From: Actinomycetota bacterium
GTDB taxonomy: Bacteria; Actinomycetota; UBA4738; HRBIN12
Direction: 5' to 3'
Assembly (NCBI GenBank): GCA_036556805.1
Contig: DATBIS010000026.1
Coordinates: forward strand, 31,382 to 95,381
DNA: 64,000 nucleotides
A program made the position numbers and the translations under genes. The notes beneath the pieces were generated by a model. That model saw only the letters and a list, made by a program, of their open reading frames with translations, had not been told where the DNA came from and did no database searches. This document shows positions 36,263-46,500 of this stretch, piece after piece; the stretch's first letter is position 1; every line of letters begins with the position of its first letter.

Positions 36263-37364
36263 CCCCCTCGCGCTCGAGCTCGGCGATCATCTCGGCGGCG
36301 TCGAACGCGGACTCCGGCGGGTGCACGCCCGGCGGCACGCGACCCTCGGCCAGCCAGCGCACCGCGACCGTGATCGGGATCGCCGTGCCGAAGGCGCCTG
36401 CCGACAGCCCCTCCGGGGAGGGGTCGAAGCGCGCGAGGCATCGGGCCGTGGCCGCGGCGCCTTCGCGCATGCCTTGCACCCGCACGTCGAGGAACTCCAC
36501 GTCGTGCGGCTCGCCGTCCTCGGAGGGCAGAGCGTTCAGGACGGCGGCGAGCGCCTCCCTCGGCGCCACGGCGCCCGAGCGCGTTTGCACGGGCTCGTCC
36601 GAAGCCATCCCGATCCGCGCGAGGAACGCGAACCCATCGTGCACGGCTCGCGGCAGGGCGAGCCTCCACCGGACGTCGCGAACGCCGGGAACGGTTTTCG
36701 GAAGCGTCGCGGGCTCGGAATGGAGCGTGTACATGGACGGCTGCACGCCCACGGGTTCGGGGAACTCCCAGTCGACGACGCCCGATCCCGCGGGAACCTC
36801 CCTCAGCTCGCCGCCCTCGAACACCATCGCCGGCATCGTGAACTCGTCGAGCACGGTCTCGACCGAGTACGGCACGCCGAACGCGCCGCCGTCGGCCGAC
36901 AGATCCACCGCGCCGTCGACCATGTCGATCGAGGTCACCTCGTCGAGCCGGTCGACGCCCCACCGCGCGAGCACGTTCGTGAGCCCCGGCGCCGAGCCGA
37001 TCCCGAGCACGGCCGACACGCCGGCCTCGACCCAGCGATCGTGCTCATCCCACTGACGGAGCGTCGTGTGAAAGAGGCCGCCCAGGTCTGCGTAGTGGCA
37101 CCGCGCCGCGAGTGCGGCCTCCATCACCGCGAGGTTCAGCTTGTAGGGCAGGCAGGCCGCGACGGCTTGGACTTCACCGAGGATCCGTTCGAGCTCCCCC
37201 GACGTCGCGTCGAACCCGCTACCGTCGGCGCCCGCGAGCCCCGCGACCTCGCGCGCTCGCGACTCGTCCACGTCGAGCACCAGCAACTCGACGTCGGCGT
37301 GACGGGCGAGCAGGACGGCGGCCGCGCTCCCCATCGCCCCGGCCCCGAGCACGGCGATCCTCAT
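36234..37364 (-). CDS. Saccharopine dehydrogenase-family NAD(P)-binding protein
   Basis: ORF 36234..37364. Rossmann N-terminus MRIAVLGAGAMGS. Also GIGSAPGLTN. Confidence 0.8.
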   Translation of the reverse strand: MRIAVLGAGAMGSAAAVLLARHADVELLVLDVDESRAREVAGLAGADGSGFDATSGELERILGEVQAVAACLPYKLNLAVMEAALAARCHYADLGGLFHTTLRQWDEHDRWVEAGVSAVLGIGSAPGLTNVLARWGVDRLDEVTSIDMVDGAVDLSADGGAFGVPYSVETVLDEFTMPAMVFEGGELREVPAGSGVVDWEFPEPVGVQPSMYTLHSEPATLPKTVPGVRDVRWRLALPRAVHDGFAFLARIGMASDEPVQTRSGAVAPREALAAVLNALPSEDGEPHDVEFLDVRVQGMREGAAATARCLARFDPSPEGLSAGAFGTAIPITVAVRWLAEGRVPPGVHPPESAFDAAEMIAELEREGVTFALDPTA

Positions 37365-37383
37365 GGCGGCACAGCATAGACAG

Positions 37384-37414
37384 GGACCGGGGCGGCCCCT
37401 GGCCGCCCCGGTCC
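37384..37414 (-). terminator. GC-rich stem-loop between the secreted-protein gene and the saccharopine dehydrogenase gene
   Basis: GGACCGGGGCGGCC (37384-37397) pairs with GGCCGCCCCGGTCC (37401-37414): a perfect 14-bp inverted repeat, 12 nt after the stop at 37426. Confidence 0.45.
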
Positions 37415-37425
37415 TCAGAGCAGGA

Positions 37426-38136
37426 TCACGGGGTCACGAAGCTCACGAGCTTCGCGACCTCCTGGTCCCCCGCCACCGCGACTTCCTTCACGATCCCGAT
37501 GCCGCGCGCGTAGTACTTCTGGTCGACGACGTCGGGCTCGAGGGGCGACCACTCCATCGTGCGGAGCACGTGGTGCACGCGCCCGTACGGCACGGTGACG
37601 GCGTTGCCGAGGGAGAGCACCCAGGCCGAGTCCTCGGCGTAGCCCGCGTAGTACTCCTGCCGGTAGCCGTCGGGGACCTGGGGGTCGGCCTCCATGATGA
37701 TCCCGCGCAGCGCGCCGTCGACGCCGGCCGTCCACGAGCCCTCGGTGCTCGTCACGTGCCCGTTCGGCCCGTACGTCGCCGTGTCCTCGCCGAAGTACCA
37801 CACGGCGCCGAGGTCGTCCTGTGCATACCAGTCGAACGTCTTCTCGAGCAGCCGCGTGCCGTGCTTCGCCACGTCGCGCACGACCAGCACCGTCTCGCCG
37901 TCGACCACCTTCGTGTGCGAGGTCACCGTCACGCGGTCGGTTTGACTCACGCCGTCGCGCATACCCCGATAGACCCACGTCGCCCCGATGGGCAGCGGGA
38001 ACAAGGGGTTGTCGATCACCGTGGTGAAGGACGCGGCCGCCCTCGTCTCGCCCGACGCGGGCCCGGCAACCACCGACGCGACCGAGCCGACGACGAACGC
38101 CGTGACCCCCACCGCCACCAACCGTTTCGCCCTCAT
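37426..38136 (-). CDS. Secreted hypothetical protein
   Basis: ORF 37426..38136. Signal peptide MRAKRLVAVGVTAFVVGSVASVVAGPASG. No recognised domain. Divergent from the two-component system. Confidence 0.6.
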   Translation of the reverse strand: MRAKRLVAVGVTAFVVGSVASVVAGPASGETRAAASFTTVIDNPLFPLPIGATWVYRGMRDGVSQTDRVTVTSHTKVVDGETVLVVRDVAKHGTRLLEKTFDWYAQDDLGAVWYFGEDTATYGPNGHVTSTEGSWTAGVDGALRGIIMEADPQVPDGYRQEYYAGYAEDSAWVLSLGNAVTVPYGRVHHVLRTMEWSPLEPDVVDQKYYARGIGIVKEVAVAGDQEVAKLVSFVTP

Positions 38137-38256
38137 CGTTCCTCCTTCCGATCTCGACCGCGCGAGCCTGCCGCGACGACGATGAAAGGCCCGTGAACGG
38201 GGTTCTCATCCGGCTTTCATGGTCCGCACGTACGATCGCGGTTCGGAGGTGAGGCG

Positions 38257-38931
38257 GTGCGCGTGCTCGTCGTGGAGGACCACGCCCGGATGGCGGCCGT
38301 GATCAGCCGCGGCTTGCGCGAGGAGGGCTACGCGGTGGACGTGGCCGCGTCCGGCGAGGACGGAACGTGGCTTGCGACCGAGAACGACTACGACGCGATC
38401 GTGCTGGACGTGATGCTTCCCGGGATCGACGGGTTCGAGACCTGTCGACGCCTCCGCGACGCCGGTCGCTGGGCGCCGGTACTCATGCTCACCGCGCGCG
38501 ACGCGGTGGAGGACCGAATTCACGGCCTCGACGCCGGCGCGGACGACTACCTCACGAAGCCGTTCTCGTTCGCTGAGCTCCTCGCGAGGATTCGCGCGCT
38601 GCTCCGACGCGGTGTCGCCGAGCGTCCGCCGGCCCTGCAGGCGGGCGACCTCATGCTCGACCCGGCGCGCCGCGTGGTCCAACGCCACGGGGTCCGCGTC
38701 GACCTCACCGCGAAGGAGTTCGCGCTCCTCGAGTTCTTCCTTCGCCATCCCGACGAGGTGCTCTCGCGCTCGCGCATCATCGAGCACGTGTGGGACTTCG
38801 CCTTCGAGGGCGACTCGAACATCGTCGATGTGTACGTGCGCTACCTCCGCGAGAAGGTGGACCGTCCCTTCGGGCTGGAGTCGATCGAGACGGTGCGGGG
38901 CGCCGGGTACCGACTGCGAGTCGGGGATTGA
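38257..38931 (+). CDS. OmpR/PhoB-family response regulator
   Basis: ORF 38257..38931. REC (VLVVEDH, VLDVMLPGIDG, DDYLTKPF) plus a winged-helix output domain (LTAKEFALLEFFLRHP, ETVRGAGYRL). Confidence 0.9.
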   Translation: MRVLVVEDHARMAAVISRGLREEGYAVDVAASGEDGTWLATENDYDAIVLDVMLPGIDGFETCRRLRDAGRWAPVLMLTARDAVEDRIHGLDAGADDYLTKPFSFAELLARIRALLRRGVAERPPALQAGDLMLDPARRVVQRHGVRVDLTAKEFALLEFFLRHPDEVLSRSRIIEHVWDFAFEGDSNIVDVYVRYLREKVDRPFGLESIETVRGAGYRLRVGD

Positions 38932-38933
38932 CG

Positions 38934-40331
38934 ATGGGGGTCCGCGCGCGGCTCACCCTCGCCTTCGGCGCGGGAATGGCGGCGGTCCTGCTCGCCCTGG
39001 GTGCGTTCCTGTACGTCCGCCTGGGAACCGCGCTGCTCCAGTCTGTCGAGGCCGGACTCCGGTCCCGCGCCCAGGACGTTGCCGCGATCGTGGCGGGGGG
39101 CGACGTGCGGATCCCCGACACGAGCACGACCTTGATCGATCCCGACGAGTCCGTGACGCAGGTGCTCGATCCCGGCGCCGCGGACCCGGTGTTGTTCGCG
39201 AGCGCGGCCGTCACCGGCGCGCCCCTCGTACCGGTCGAGCGCCTCTCGCGGCTCCGGCAACCGACGTTCCTCACCGCGAAGGCTCCCGGGCTCGAGGACA
39301 ACCTGCGGCTGCTCGTCGTGCCGGTCGACGCGCCGGCCGGCACTCGGTACGTCGTGCTGGGAGCCACGCTCTCCGATCGCGAGGAGGCCCTGGATCGGTT
39401 CCTCGCGGCGTTCGCGGTCGGCGGAACGGCCGCCCTCGCGATCAGCTCGGTGGCGGGATGGCTCGTGGCCGGCGGCGCGCTCCGGCCGGTCGCACGGATG
39501 CGCGCGGAGGCTTCGGCGATCTCGGCCCTCGAGCCCGATCGGCGCCTTCCGGTTCCGTCGACGCAGGACGAGCTCGCGCGGCTCGCGTCGACGCTCAACG
39601 GGATGCTCGATCGGCTTCAGGAGGCCATGGCGCGCGAGCGGCGGTTCGTCGACGACGCGAGCCATGAGCTCCGCACCCCGCTCGGCGTCCTCAAGGCCGA
39701 GCTCGACGTCGCGCTCGCTCGCGCGCGGACGCCGGAGGAGCTCGAGGAGACGCTCCGACGGGCCTCCGCCGAGACCGATCGTCTCGCCGGCCTTGCGGAG
39801 GACCTCCTCGTGCTCGCCCGAGCGTCCGACGGACGCCTGCCGATCCGCAGGGAGGCCGTGTCGCCGGCGGCGGTGGTCGACGAGGCGTGCCGGGCGAGGG
39901 CGAGGGCGGCCGACGCCGCGGGCGTCGCGCTCGAGGCGGACGTTCCCGCGGACCCCGTTCGCATCGATGCGGTTCGGTGCAGGCAGGCGCTCGAGAACCT
40001 GCTCGACAACGCGATCCGGCACAGCCCGCGAGGCGGAACCGTTCGGGTCACCGGCGAGCAGGCCGACCATCGACTCGCGATCGTGGTCGCCGATGACGGC
40101 CCGGGCTTTCCCGATCACTTCCTGGGCGACGCCTTCGAACCGTTCTCGCGCGCGGACCGCGACCACGACGGCGCGGGGCTCGGGCTCGCGATCGCCCGGG
40201 CGGTCGCGGAGGGCCACGGCGGGAGGGCGACGGCCTCGAACCGCCCCGAGGGGGGCGCTCGCGTGGAGCTGACGTTTCGGATCGACGGCCCCGTCGGCGC
40301 CGTTACAGCGGAACGTTCGACAGCACCATGA
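38934..40331 (+). CDS. Sensor histidine kinase (2 TM, HAMP-like, HisKA, HATPase)
   Basis: In frame with ORF 38790..40331. ATG at 38934, 2 nt after the regulator stop. H-box FVDDASHELRTPLGVL. Also NLLDNAIRHSP, DDGPGFP, GAGLGLAIAR. Confidence 0.85.
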   Translation: MGVRARLTLAFGAGMAAVLLALGAFLYVRLGTALLQSVEAGLRSRAQDVAAIVAGGDVRIPDTSTTLIDPDESVTQVLDPGAADPVLFASAAVTGAPLVPVERLSRLRQPTFLTAKAPGLEDNLRLLVVPVDAPAGTRYVVLGATLSDREEALDRFLAAFAVGGTAALAISSVAGWLVAGGALRPVARMRAEASAISALEPDRRLPVPSTQDELARLASTLNGMLDRLQEAMARERRFVDDASHELRTPLGVLKAELDVALARARTPEELEETLRRASAETDRLAGLAEDLLVLARASDGRLPIRREAVSPAAVVDEACRARARAADAAGVALEADVPADPVRIDAVRCRQALENLLDNAIRHSPRGGTVRVTGEQADHRLAIVVADDGPGFPDHFLGDAFEPFSRADRDHDGAGLGLAIARAVAEGHGGRATASNRPEGGARVELTFRIDGPVGAVTAERSTAP

Positions 40332-41730
40332 TCCGCTGCTCCGTCATCTCCTCCATCGCGAACCGAAGGCCCTCGCGCCCGAACCCGCTCTCCTTCGAGC
40401 CGCCGTAAGGCATCTGGTCGGCGCGAAACGCCGATTGGTCGTTGATGATCACGCCGCCGACCTCGAGCGTGCGGTGCGCCTGAAAGGCTCGGTTGATGTC
40501 GTTCGTGAAGACGCCGGCCTGCAGCCCGAACTTCGAGTCGTTCACCGACGCGAGCGCGTCCTCGAACGTCTCGTACGGCGAGATCGTCACGACCGGTCCG
40601 AAGACCTCCTCCCGGCACACCTTCATCTCGGGGCGCACGTGCGACAGGAGCGTCGGCGAGTAGAACGGGGAGTCCGCCTTGCCGCCGGTGAGGATCTCGG
40701 CGCCCTGCGACACCGCCTCCTGCACCCAGGCGTCGATGCGGTCGACCTCCTGCGGCTGGATGACCGGCCCCACGTCGACCGTGGGGTCCATCGGATCGCC
40801 GACCTTCAGGTTCTCGACCTCCTTGACGAGCCGTGCCGCGAAGTCGTCGAAGACCTCGGCCTGCACGAGCACGCGCTGCACGCTGATGCAGCTCTGACCG
40901 GCCTGGTAGTAGCCGCCGAAGGCGATCCGCGCGGCCGCGTGATCGAGATCGGCGTCGGAGTGCACGATCACCCCGGCGTTCCCCCCGAGCTCGAGCGTCA
41001 CGCGCTTCTTCGGGTCGATGCCCTTGAGGTACCAGCCGATCTCGGCCGACCCCGTGAACGAGATCTTGCGGTAGCGCTCATCCCGCGCCATGCCGTCGGC
41101 GACCTTCGAGCTCACCGGCAGGACCTGGTACATCCCCTTCGGCAGGTCGGTCTCGGCGAAGAGCTCGGCGAGGCGCAACGCCCCCAACGGGGTCGCGCTC
41201 GCCGGCTTCACCACGATCGGCGCGCCGACGCCGAGCGACGGCGCGACCTTGTGCGCGACGAGGTTCAGCGGGAAGTTGAACGGCGTGATGCCGAGCACGG
41301 GGCCGATCGGGAACCGGCGGAGCAGGCCGATCCGGGATCCCAACGAGGCCTCGGTGTCCAGACGCATCACCTCGTCCTCGCCGTGGCGGATCACCTCGGA
41401 GGCCCAGCGGAACGTCGAGATCGCGCGCGTCGCTTCCACGCGCGACCACTTCAGCGGCTTGCCGCCCTCGCGCGCGATGAGCTCGGCGTTCTCGTCGAGC
41501 GTCTCGGCGAGCCGACGCGAGATGTGGTCGAGCGCGTCGGCGCGCGCGTGCACCGGCAGATGCCTGGACTCGGCGAAGGTCGAAGCCGCGGTCGCGGCGG
41601 CCTCCTCGACGTCGCCTTCGGTCGGCACGCCGAGCTCCGCGACGACGCTCCCGTCGAAGGGGCTCTTCACCTCGAAGGTCCCGTCGCCGGTGCGCCACTC
41701 GCCGTTCACGAGATAGGGACGTACGGTCAT
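40303..41730 (-). CDS. NAD(P)-dependent aldehyde dehydrogenase
   Basis: C-terminal 475 aa of ORF 40303..42783; ATG at 41730 after GAAGGAAGG. ELGGNAG, catalytic Cys in QAGQSCIS, FTGS, EEVFGPV. Confidence 0.88.
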   Translation of the reverse strand: MTVRPYLVNGEWRTGDGTFEVKSPFDGSVVAELGVPTEGDVEEAAATAASTFAESRHLPVHARADALDHISRRLAETLDENAELIAREGGKPLKWSRVEATRAISTFRWASEVIRHGEDEVMRLDTEASLGSRIGLLRRFPIGPVLGITPFNFPLNLVAHKVAPSLGVGAPIVVKPASATPLGALRLAELFAETDLPKGMYQVLPVSSKVADGMARDERYRKISFTGSAEIGWYLKGIDPKKRVTLELGGNAGVIVHSDADLDHAAARIAFGGYYQAGQSCISVQRVLVQAEVFDDFAARLVKEVENLKVGDPMDPTVDVGPVIQPQEVDRIDAWVQEAVSQGAEILTGGKADSPFYSPTLLSHVRPEMKVCREEVFGPVVTISPYETFEDALASVNDSKFGLQAGVFTNDINRAFQAHRTLEVGGVIINDQSAFRADQMPYGGSKESGFGREGLRFAMEEMTEQRIMVLSNVPL

Positions 41731-41798
41731 GCGAAACTCACCTTCCTTCGCGGGCGGACCACGCCGGTGCGCGACGTGGCCGTCGGTTTCCGTGTTCG

Positions 41799-43232
41799 CT
41801 AGTCGAGCGACACCATCACGTGCTTGATGTTCGTGTAGTCCTCCAACGAGTACACCGACATGTCTTTCCCGTGGCCCGACTGCTTGTACCCGCCGTGCGG
41901 CATCTCCGGCGTGAGCGGGATATGGGTGTTCACCCACACGCACCCGAACTGCAGCCGGCGCGACATCCGCATCGCGCGGCCGACGTCGCGGGTCCACACG
42001 CTCGCGGCGAGGCCGTAATCCACGCCGTTCGCCCACGCGAGCGCCTGGTCCTCGTCGTCGAACCGCTGCACGGTCACGACCGGTCCGAAGACCTCCTTCT
42101 GGATGATCTCCGAGTCCTGCGCCGCGTCGGCGACGATCGTCGGCTGGTAGAAGTAGCCGCTCGACTCCACGGGCGCGCCGCCGGTGAGCACCTTCGCCCC
42201 GGCCTCCTGCGCCCGCTCGACGAAGCCCTCGACACGCTCGAGCTGCTCCTTCGAGATCACGGAGCCGACCTCGGTGTCGTCCGCGAACGGGTCGCCCATC
42301 TTGATCGACTCGACCGCCGGCACGAGGTCGGTGAGCACGCGGTCGTACGCGCCCGAGCCCACCAGCACGCGCGTCGCGGCGGTGCAGTCCTGCCCGGCGT
42401 TGAAGTAGCCGGCGATCTTCACCCACTCGACCACGCTCTCGATGTCCGCGTCGTCGAAGACCACGACCGGCGCCTTGCCGCCGAGCTCGAGGTGCACGCG
42501 CTTCAAGGTGTCGGACGCGTTCGTGTGGATGATCTTGCCGGTGCCGACGTCGCCGGTGAGCGAGACGATGCCCACCTTCTCGTGGCGCACGAGCGTGTCG
42601 CCGACGGGGATTCCGTCGCCGGTCACGAGGTTGAACACGCCCGGCGGGAACAGGTCCGACGCGAGCTCCGCGAGCTTGATCGCCGTGAGCGGCGTGAGCT
42701 CGGAGGGCTTCAGGACGATCGTGTTGCCGGTCGCGAGCGCCGGGCCGATCTTCCAGATCGCCATCATCAGCGGGTAGTTCCACGGGGCGATGAGGCCGGC
42801 GACGCCGATTGGTTCGCGCCGGATGTAGGAGGTGAAGCCGGCCATGTACTCACCGGCCGTGCGGCCCTCCATCGTCCTTGCGGCGCCGCCGAAGAACCGC
42901 AGGTTGTCGACGATCGGCGGGATCTCCTCCGACATCGTCACCGCGTACGGCTTGCCCACGTTCCGCGCCTCGATCCCGACGATCTCGTCGGCGTTCTCCT
43001 CGATGCGATCGGCGAGCTTCAGGAGCGCGAGCTGTCGGTCCTTCGGGGTCGAGTCGTACCAGGTCTCGAACGCGGTGGCGGCGGCTTCCACGGCCCGGTT
43101 CGCATCCTCGGCGGTGCCTTCGGCGACGTTCGCGAGCACCTCACCGGTGGCCGGGTTGATGATGTCGCGCGTGCCCCCGTCGGAGGCGTCCGACCATTCG
43201 CCGTTGATGAACAACTTGTGGGTGTCTGCCAT
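41799..43232 (-). CDS. Aldehyde dehydrogenase (gamma-aminobutyraldehyde / betaine-aldehyde dehydrogenase-like)
   Basis: ORF 41799..43232. [43 protein letters not shown]. Confidence 0.9.
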   Translation of the reverse strand: MADTHKLFINGEWSDASDGGTRDIINPATGEVLANVAEGTAEDANRAVEAAATAFETWYDSTPKDRQLALLKLADRIEENADEIVGIEARNVGKPYAVTMSEEIPPIVDNLRFFGGAARTMEGRTAGEYMAGFTSYIRREPIGVAGLIAPWNYPLMMAIWKIGPALATGNTIVLKPSELTPLTAIKLAELASDLFPPGVFNLVTGDGIPVGDTLVRHEKVGIVSLTGDVGTGKIIHTNASDTLKRVHLELGGKAPVVVFDDADIESVVEWVKIAGYFNAGQDCTAATRVLVGSGAYDRVLTDLVPAVESIKMGDPFADDTEVGSVISKEQLERVEGFVERAQEAGAKVLTGGAPVESSGYFYQPTIVADAAQDSEIIQKEVFGPVVTVQRFDDEDQALAWANGVDYGLAASVWTRDVGRAMRMSRRLQFGCVWVNTHIPLTPEMPHGGYKQSGHGKDMSVYSLEDYTNIKHVMVSLD

Positions 43233-43378
43233 GTTCCCTTCACCTCCGTGGAGCCGAAAACTCGCGGGTCAGACCGCCAGTATGACGGCTGTGGCGGAAA
43301 CCCCACCACCCGGCGATTCGTCCACGTCGTCGGCGCCGGACAGGACGTCTCGGCCTGAGGTGATCCCCGCGCACACGG

Positions 43379-44917
43379 TCACTCCGCGTCGACGGAGAGA
43401 AGGTCGCGCGCGCGGAGCGCGAGCCAGAACTCCATGCGATCGAACGAGCTCGCGAGGTCGCGGCCGGTGAGCTCCTCCACCTTGCGCATGCGATAGCGGA
43501 GGGTGTGCCGGTGCACGAACAGCTCGACCGCCGCCGCCTCCCAGCGGGCGTTGTGGTGGAGGAACGCCTGCAACGATCCGATCAGGTCCCCGCCCTGCTC
43601 GCGGTCGTATGCGACGAGCGGCGCCAGCAGCGAGTCGGCGAACGCGCGCAGCGCACCCTGGTCGGCCATCGAGAGCAACAGGCGATAGCTCCCCAGGTCC
43701 TCGAAGCCCGCGGAGAGCCGGCCCTCGAGCCTGCAGACCTGGAGCGCGTACCTGGCCTCCCGAAGCGACCGCCCCACCTCCATCACGGTCGCCGGTCCCC
43801 CGCCTCCCGCGAGCACGTCCGAGCCGAGCCGCTCTCCCACCGCCCGAGCGAGGAGCCCCGGATCGGCGGCGCCTGCCGGCCGCAGCACGAGCACGCCATT
43901 CGGATGGGTGGAGACCAGGAACCCGCCTCCGTCCCGCGCGCACTGTTCCGCGGCGGCCGTCGCGAGCGCGTTGGGATCGCCTCCCTCGAGCGCGATGGCC
44001 GCGACCGACCCCTCACGGTCGAAGCCGAACCGGGCGAGGTCGCGCGCCGCCGCGGCGGGCGCGAGGGAGCCGGCTGCAAGCTCGTCGAAGAAGTCGCCCT
44101 GCAGCCGGCGTTGCGCGTCGGCCACCGCGCGAGCCTTCGCGAGCTCGATCGCGAAGAGCGAGAGCGCGTGCGCCGCGACGATCCGGTCGTACTGGCTCGG
44201 CTGCTCGGGCTTGCCCACCGCGAGGAACGCCTCGACGTGACCCTGCGCGCCGACCGGCTGCACCCACACGTGGTGCCCGCGGTCGACGAGCGTAATCGAG
44301 AAGTTGGTCCCCTCCGCGCGGGAACTTCGGATCTCCTCCCATACGCGCTCGGCCCGGAGCGACGCGGCGCGAGAGGTCGCGGTGAGCGCGCCACCGTGCA
44401 GGTCGAACAGCAGCGCCCAGCCGCGCACCACGCGCGCGAGCGATCCCGCGATCCCCTCGACGCCCTTGCCGTCCATGACGGCCCGCGTGAGCACGTGCTC
44501 GGCGTCGACCGCGCGCTGCAGGGTGTCGTATTGCTCCGCGAGGATCCTCGTGAAGATCGCCTCGGTGATCGCGATGAAGGGGACGGGGAACGGCACCTCG
44601 AACACCGGGAAGTCGAGGCGATCGGCGGCTGCCACGATCGCCTTCGGGACGCGCTCGTGCGAGAACCCGAGCCCGAACCCGAGGCCCGCGAGGCCCGCGC
44701 CGGCGAGCCGCTTCACGTACGCGCGTTGGCTCGCGGGGGTCGCGCCCACGCCCATGCCGGTCGTGAGCACGATCTCGCCACCCTTCAGCCACGGCGTCGG
44801 GTCCTCGAGCTCGGAGACGTGTACCCATCGGACCTGGCGCCCGATCCCGGGCTCGCCCGCGAGCAGGCGCAACGGCAGGTCCGGCACCTCGAGCAGGTCG
44901 CGCACCGTCACGGCCAC
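43379..44917 (-). CDS. PucR/CdaR-family transcriptional regulator
   Basis: ORF 43379..44917 (GTG). PucR N-terminal domain (LLEVPDLPLRLLAGE...WVHVSELEDPTPWLKGGEIVLTTG) and C-terminal HTH (LFVHRHTLRYRMRKVEELTG). Confidence 0.85.
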   Translation of the reverse strand: MAVTVRDLLEVPDLPLRLLAGEPGIGRQVRWVHVSELEDPTPWLKGGEIVLTTGMGVGATPASQRAYVKRLAGAGLAGLGFGLGFSHERVPKAIVAAADRLDFPVFEVPFPVPFIAITEAIFTRILAEQYDTLQRAVDAEHVLTRAVMDGKGVEGIAGSLARVVRGWALLFDLHGGALTATSRAASLRAERVWEEIRSSRAEGTNFSITLVDRGHHVWVQPVGAQGHVEAFLAVGKPEQPSQYDRIVAAHALSLFAIELAKARAVADAQRRLQGDFFDELAAGSLAPAAAARDLARFGFDREGSVAAIALEGGDPNALATAAAEQCARDGGGFLVSTHPNGVLVLRPAGAADPGLLARAVGERLGSDVLAGGGGPATVMEVGRSLREARYALQVCRLEGRLSAGFEDLGSYRLLLSMADQGALRAFADSLLAPLVAYDREQGGDLIGSLQAFLHHNARWEAAAVELFVHRHTLRYRMRKVEELTGRDLASSFDRMEFWLALRARDLLSVDAE

Positions 44918-45086
44918 GGCGCGATTGTACGGGGCGTACAGTCACGGCCGCTCCGGGCAGCCCTGCGGGCGGCGCGGCTTGACACTCTGGACAAACGGCT
45001 CGCGCGGCCTTGGTCCGGCGAGCGCCTGACAGGAGCCGCGCGAGGTCGGACACTCGGAACAAGCGATCAGGAGGACGACGAGAGCG

Positions 45087-46430
45087 ATGGACATTCCCCA
45101 GGAGCGAAAGCTCGTCACCGAGATCCCGGGACCGAAGTCGAAGGAGTGGTTCGCGCGCCGTGAGGCTTCGGTCGCGACGGGTGTGTACAACATCCACCCG
45201 ATCGTCACGGCGCGCGCCGCCGGCGCGATCGTCGAGGACGTCGACGGCAACCGCTTGATCGACTTCGCGACCGGCATCTCGGTGTTGAACGTCGGCCACT
45301 CTTCGCCGACCGTGGTCGCCGCGGCTCAGCGGCAGCTGGAGCTCGACACGCACACCTGCTTCCACGTCACCGCGAACGAGCCGTACATCGAGCTCGCGGA
45401 ACGTCTGAACGCGCTCGCGCCTGGCGACGTCGCGAAGAAGACGATGTTCGCGAACTCCGGGGCCGAGGCCGTGGAGAACGCCGTGAAGATCGCGCGGAAC
45501 GCCACGGGCCGCTCCGCCGTCGTCGCGTTCGACCACGCGTTCCACGGCCGCACGCTGATGGGGATGTCGCTCACCGCGAAGGTGATGCCCTACAAGCAGG
45601 GCATGGGGCCGTTCGCGCCCGAGATCTACCGGCTTCCGTTCGCGTACCCGTACCGCTGTCCCACCGGAGGGACCGCCGAGACCTGCGCGGATTCATGCGC
45701 GGACTACGCGATCGACGAGATGCACAAGCACATCGGTGAGGACAACATCGCGGCGGTGATCATGGAGCCGATCCAGGGCGAGGGCGGCTTCGTCGTGCCG
45801 GCGACCGGCTTCGTGAAGCGGATCGCCGACTTCTGCGGCGAGCACGGCATCGTGTTCATCGCCGACGAGATCCAGAGCGGGATGGGCCGCGCGGGGCGCT
45901 GGTTCGCGATCGAAGACGAAGGCGTCGTGCCGGACATCGTGACGACCGCGAAGTCGCTCGGCGGCGGCCTGCCGATCTCCGGGATCACCGGCCGAGCCGA
46001 CCTGATGGACGCGGTGCACGCCGGCGGGCTCGGCGGCACCTACGGCGGGAACCCGGTCGCGGCCGCCGCGGCGCTCGCGGTGCTTGACCTGATCGAGCGC
46101 GACGGGCTGCTCGACCGATCGCGATCGCTGGGCGAACGGATCATGGCCCGATTCCGGGAGCTGCAGTCGCAATACGAGCTGGTCGGCGACGTGCGAGGCC
46201 GAGGAGCCATGTGCGCGATCGAGCTCGTGACCGATCGGGAGACCAAGGCACCGGCGGACGCGGCGACCGGCGCGATCGCGAGGCATTGCCTGGAGCAAGG
46301 CCTCATCGTGCTGTCGGCGGGCACGTACAACAACGTGCTCCGGCTACTGCCGCCGCTCACGATCGAAGACGGGCTGCTCGACGAGGGCCTCGGCATCCTC
46401 GACGACGCGATCGGAGCCGTCGCCGGGTAG
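45087..46430 (+). CDS. gabT: 4-aminobutyrate aminotransferase (class III PLP)
   Basis: ORF 45087..46430. FANSGAEAVENAVK, DEIQSGMGRAG, PLP Lys in TTAKSLGGG, GTYGGNP. Confidence 0.92.
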   Translation: MDIPQERKLVTEIPGPKSKEWFARREASVATGVYNIHPIVTARAAGAIVEDVDGNRLIDFATGISVLNVGHSSPTVVAAAQRQLELDTHTCFHVTANEPYIELAERLNALAPGDVAKKTMFANSGAEAVENAVKIARNATGRSAVVAFDHAFHGRTLMGMSLTAKVMPYKQGMGPFAPEIYRLPFAYPYRCPTGGTAETCADSCADYAIDEMHKHIGEDNIAAVIMEPIQGEGGFVVPATGFVKRIADFCGEHGIVFIADEIQSGMGRAGRWFAIEDEGVVPDIVTTAKSLGGGLPISGITGRADLMDAVHAGGLGGTYGGNPVAAAAALAVLDLIERDGLLDRSRSLGERIMARFRELQSQYELVGDVRGRGAMCAIELVTDRETKAPADAATGAIARHCLEQGLIVLSAGTYNNVLRLLPPLTIEDGLLDEGLGILDDAIGAVAG

Positions 46431-46500
46431 GAGGTAGACACCTCCTCGAACGCCGCGATCAGACGGCGTCGCGGCGCGCTTCGATTGTTACCTTCGAGGG

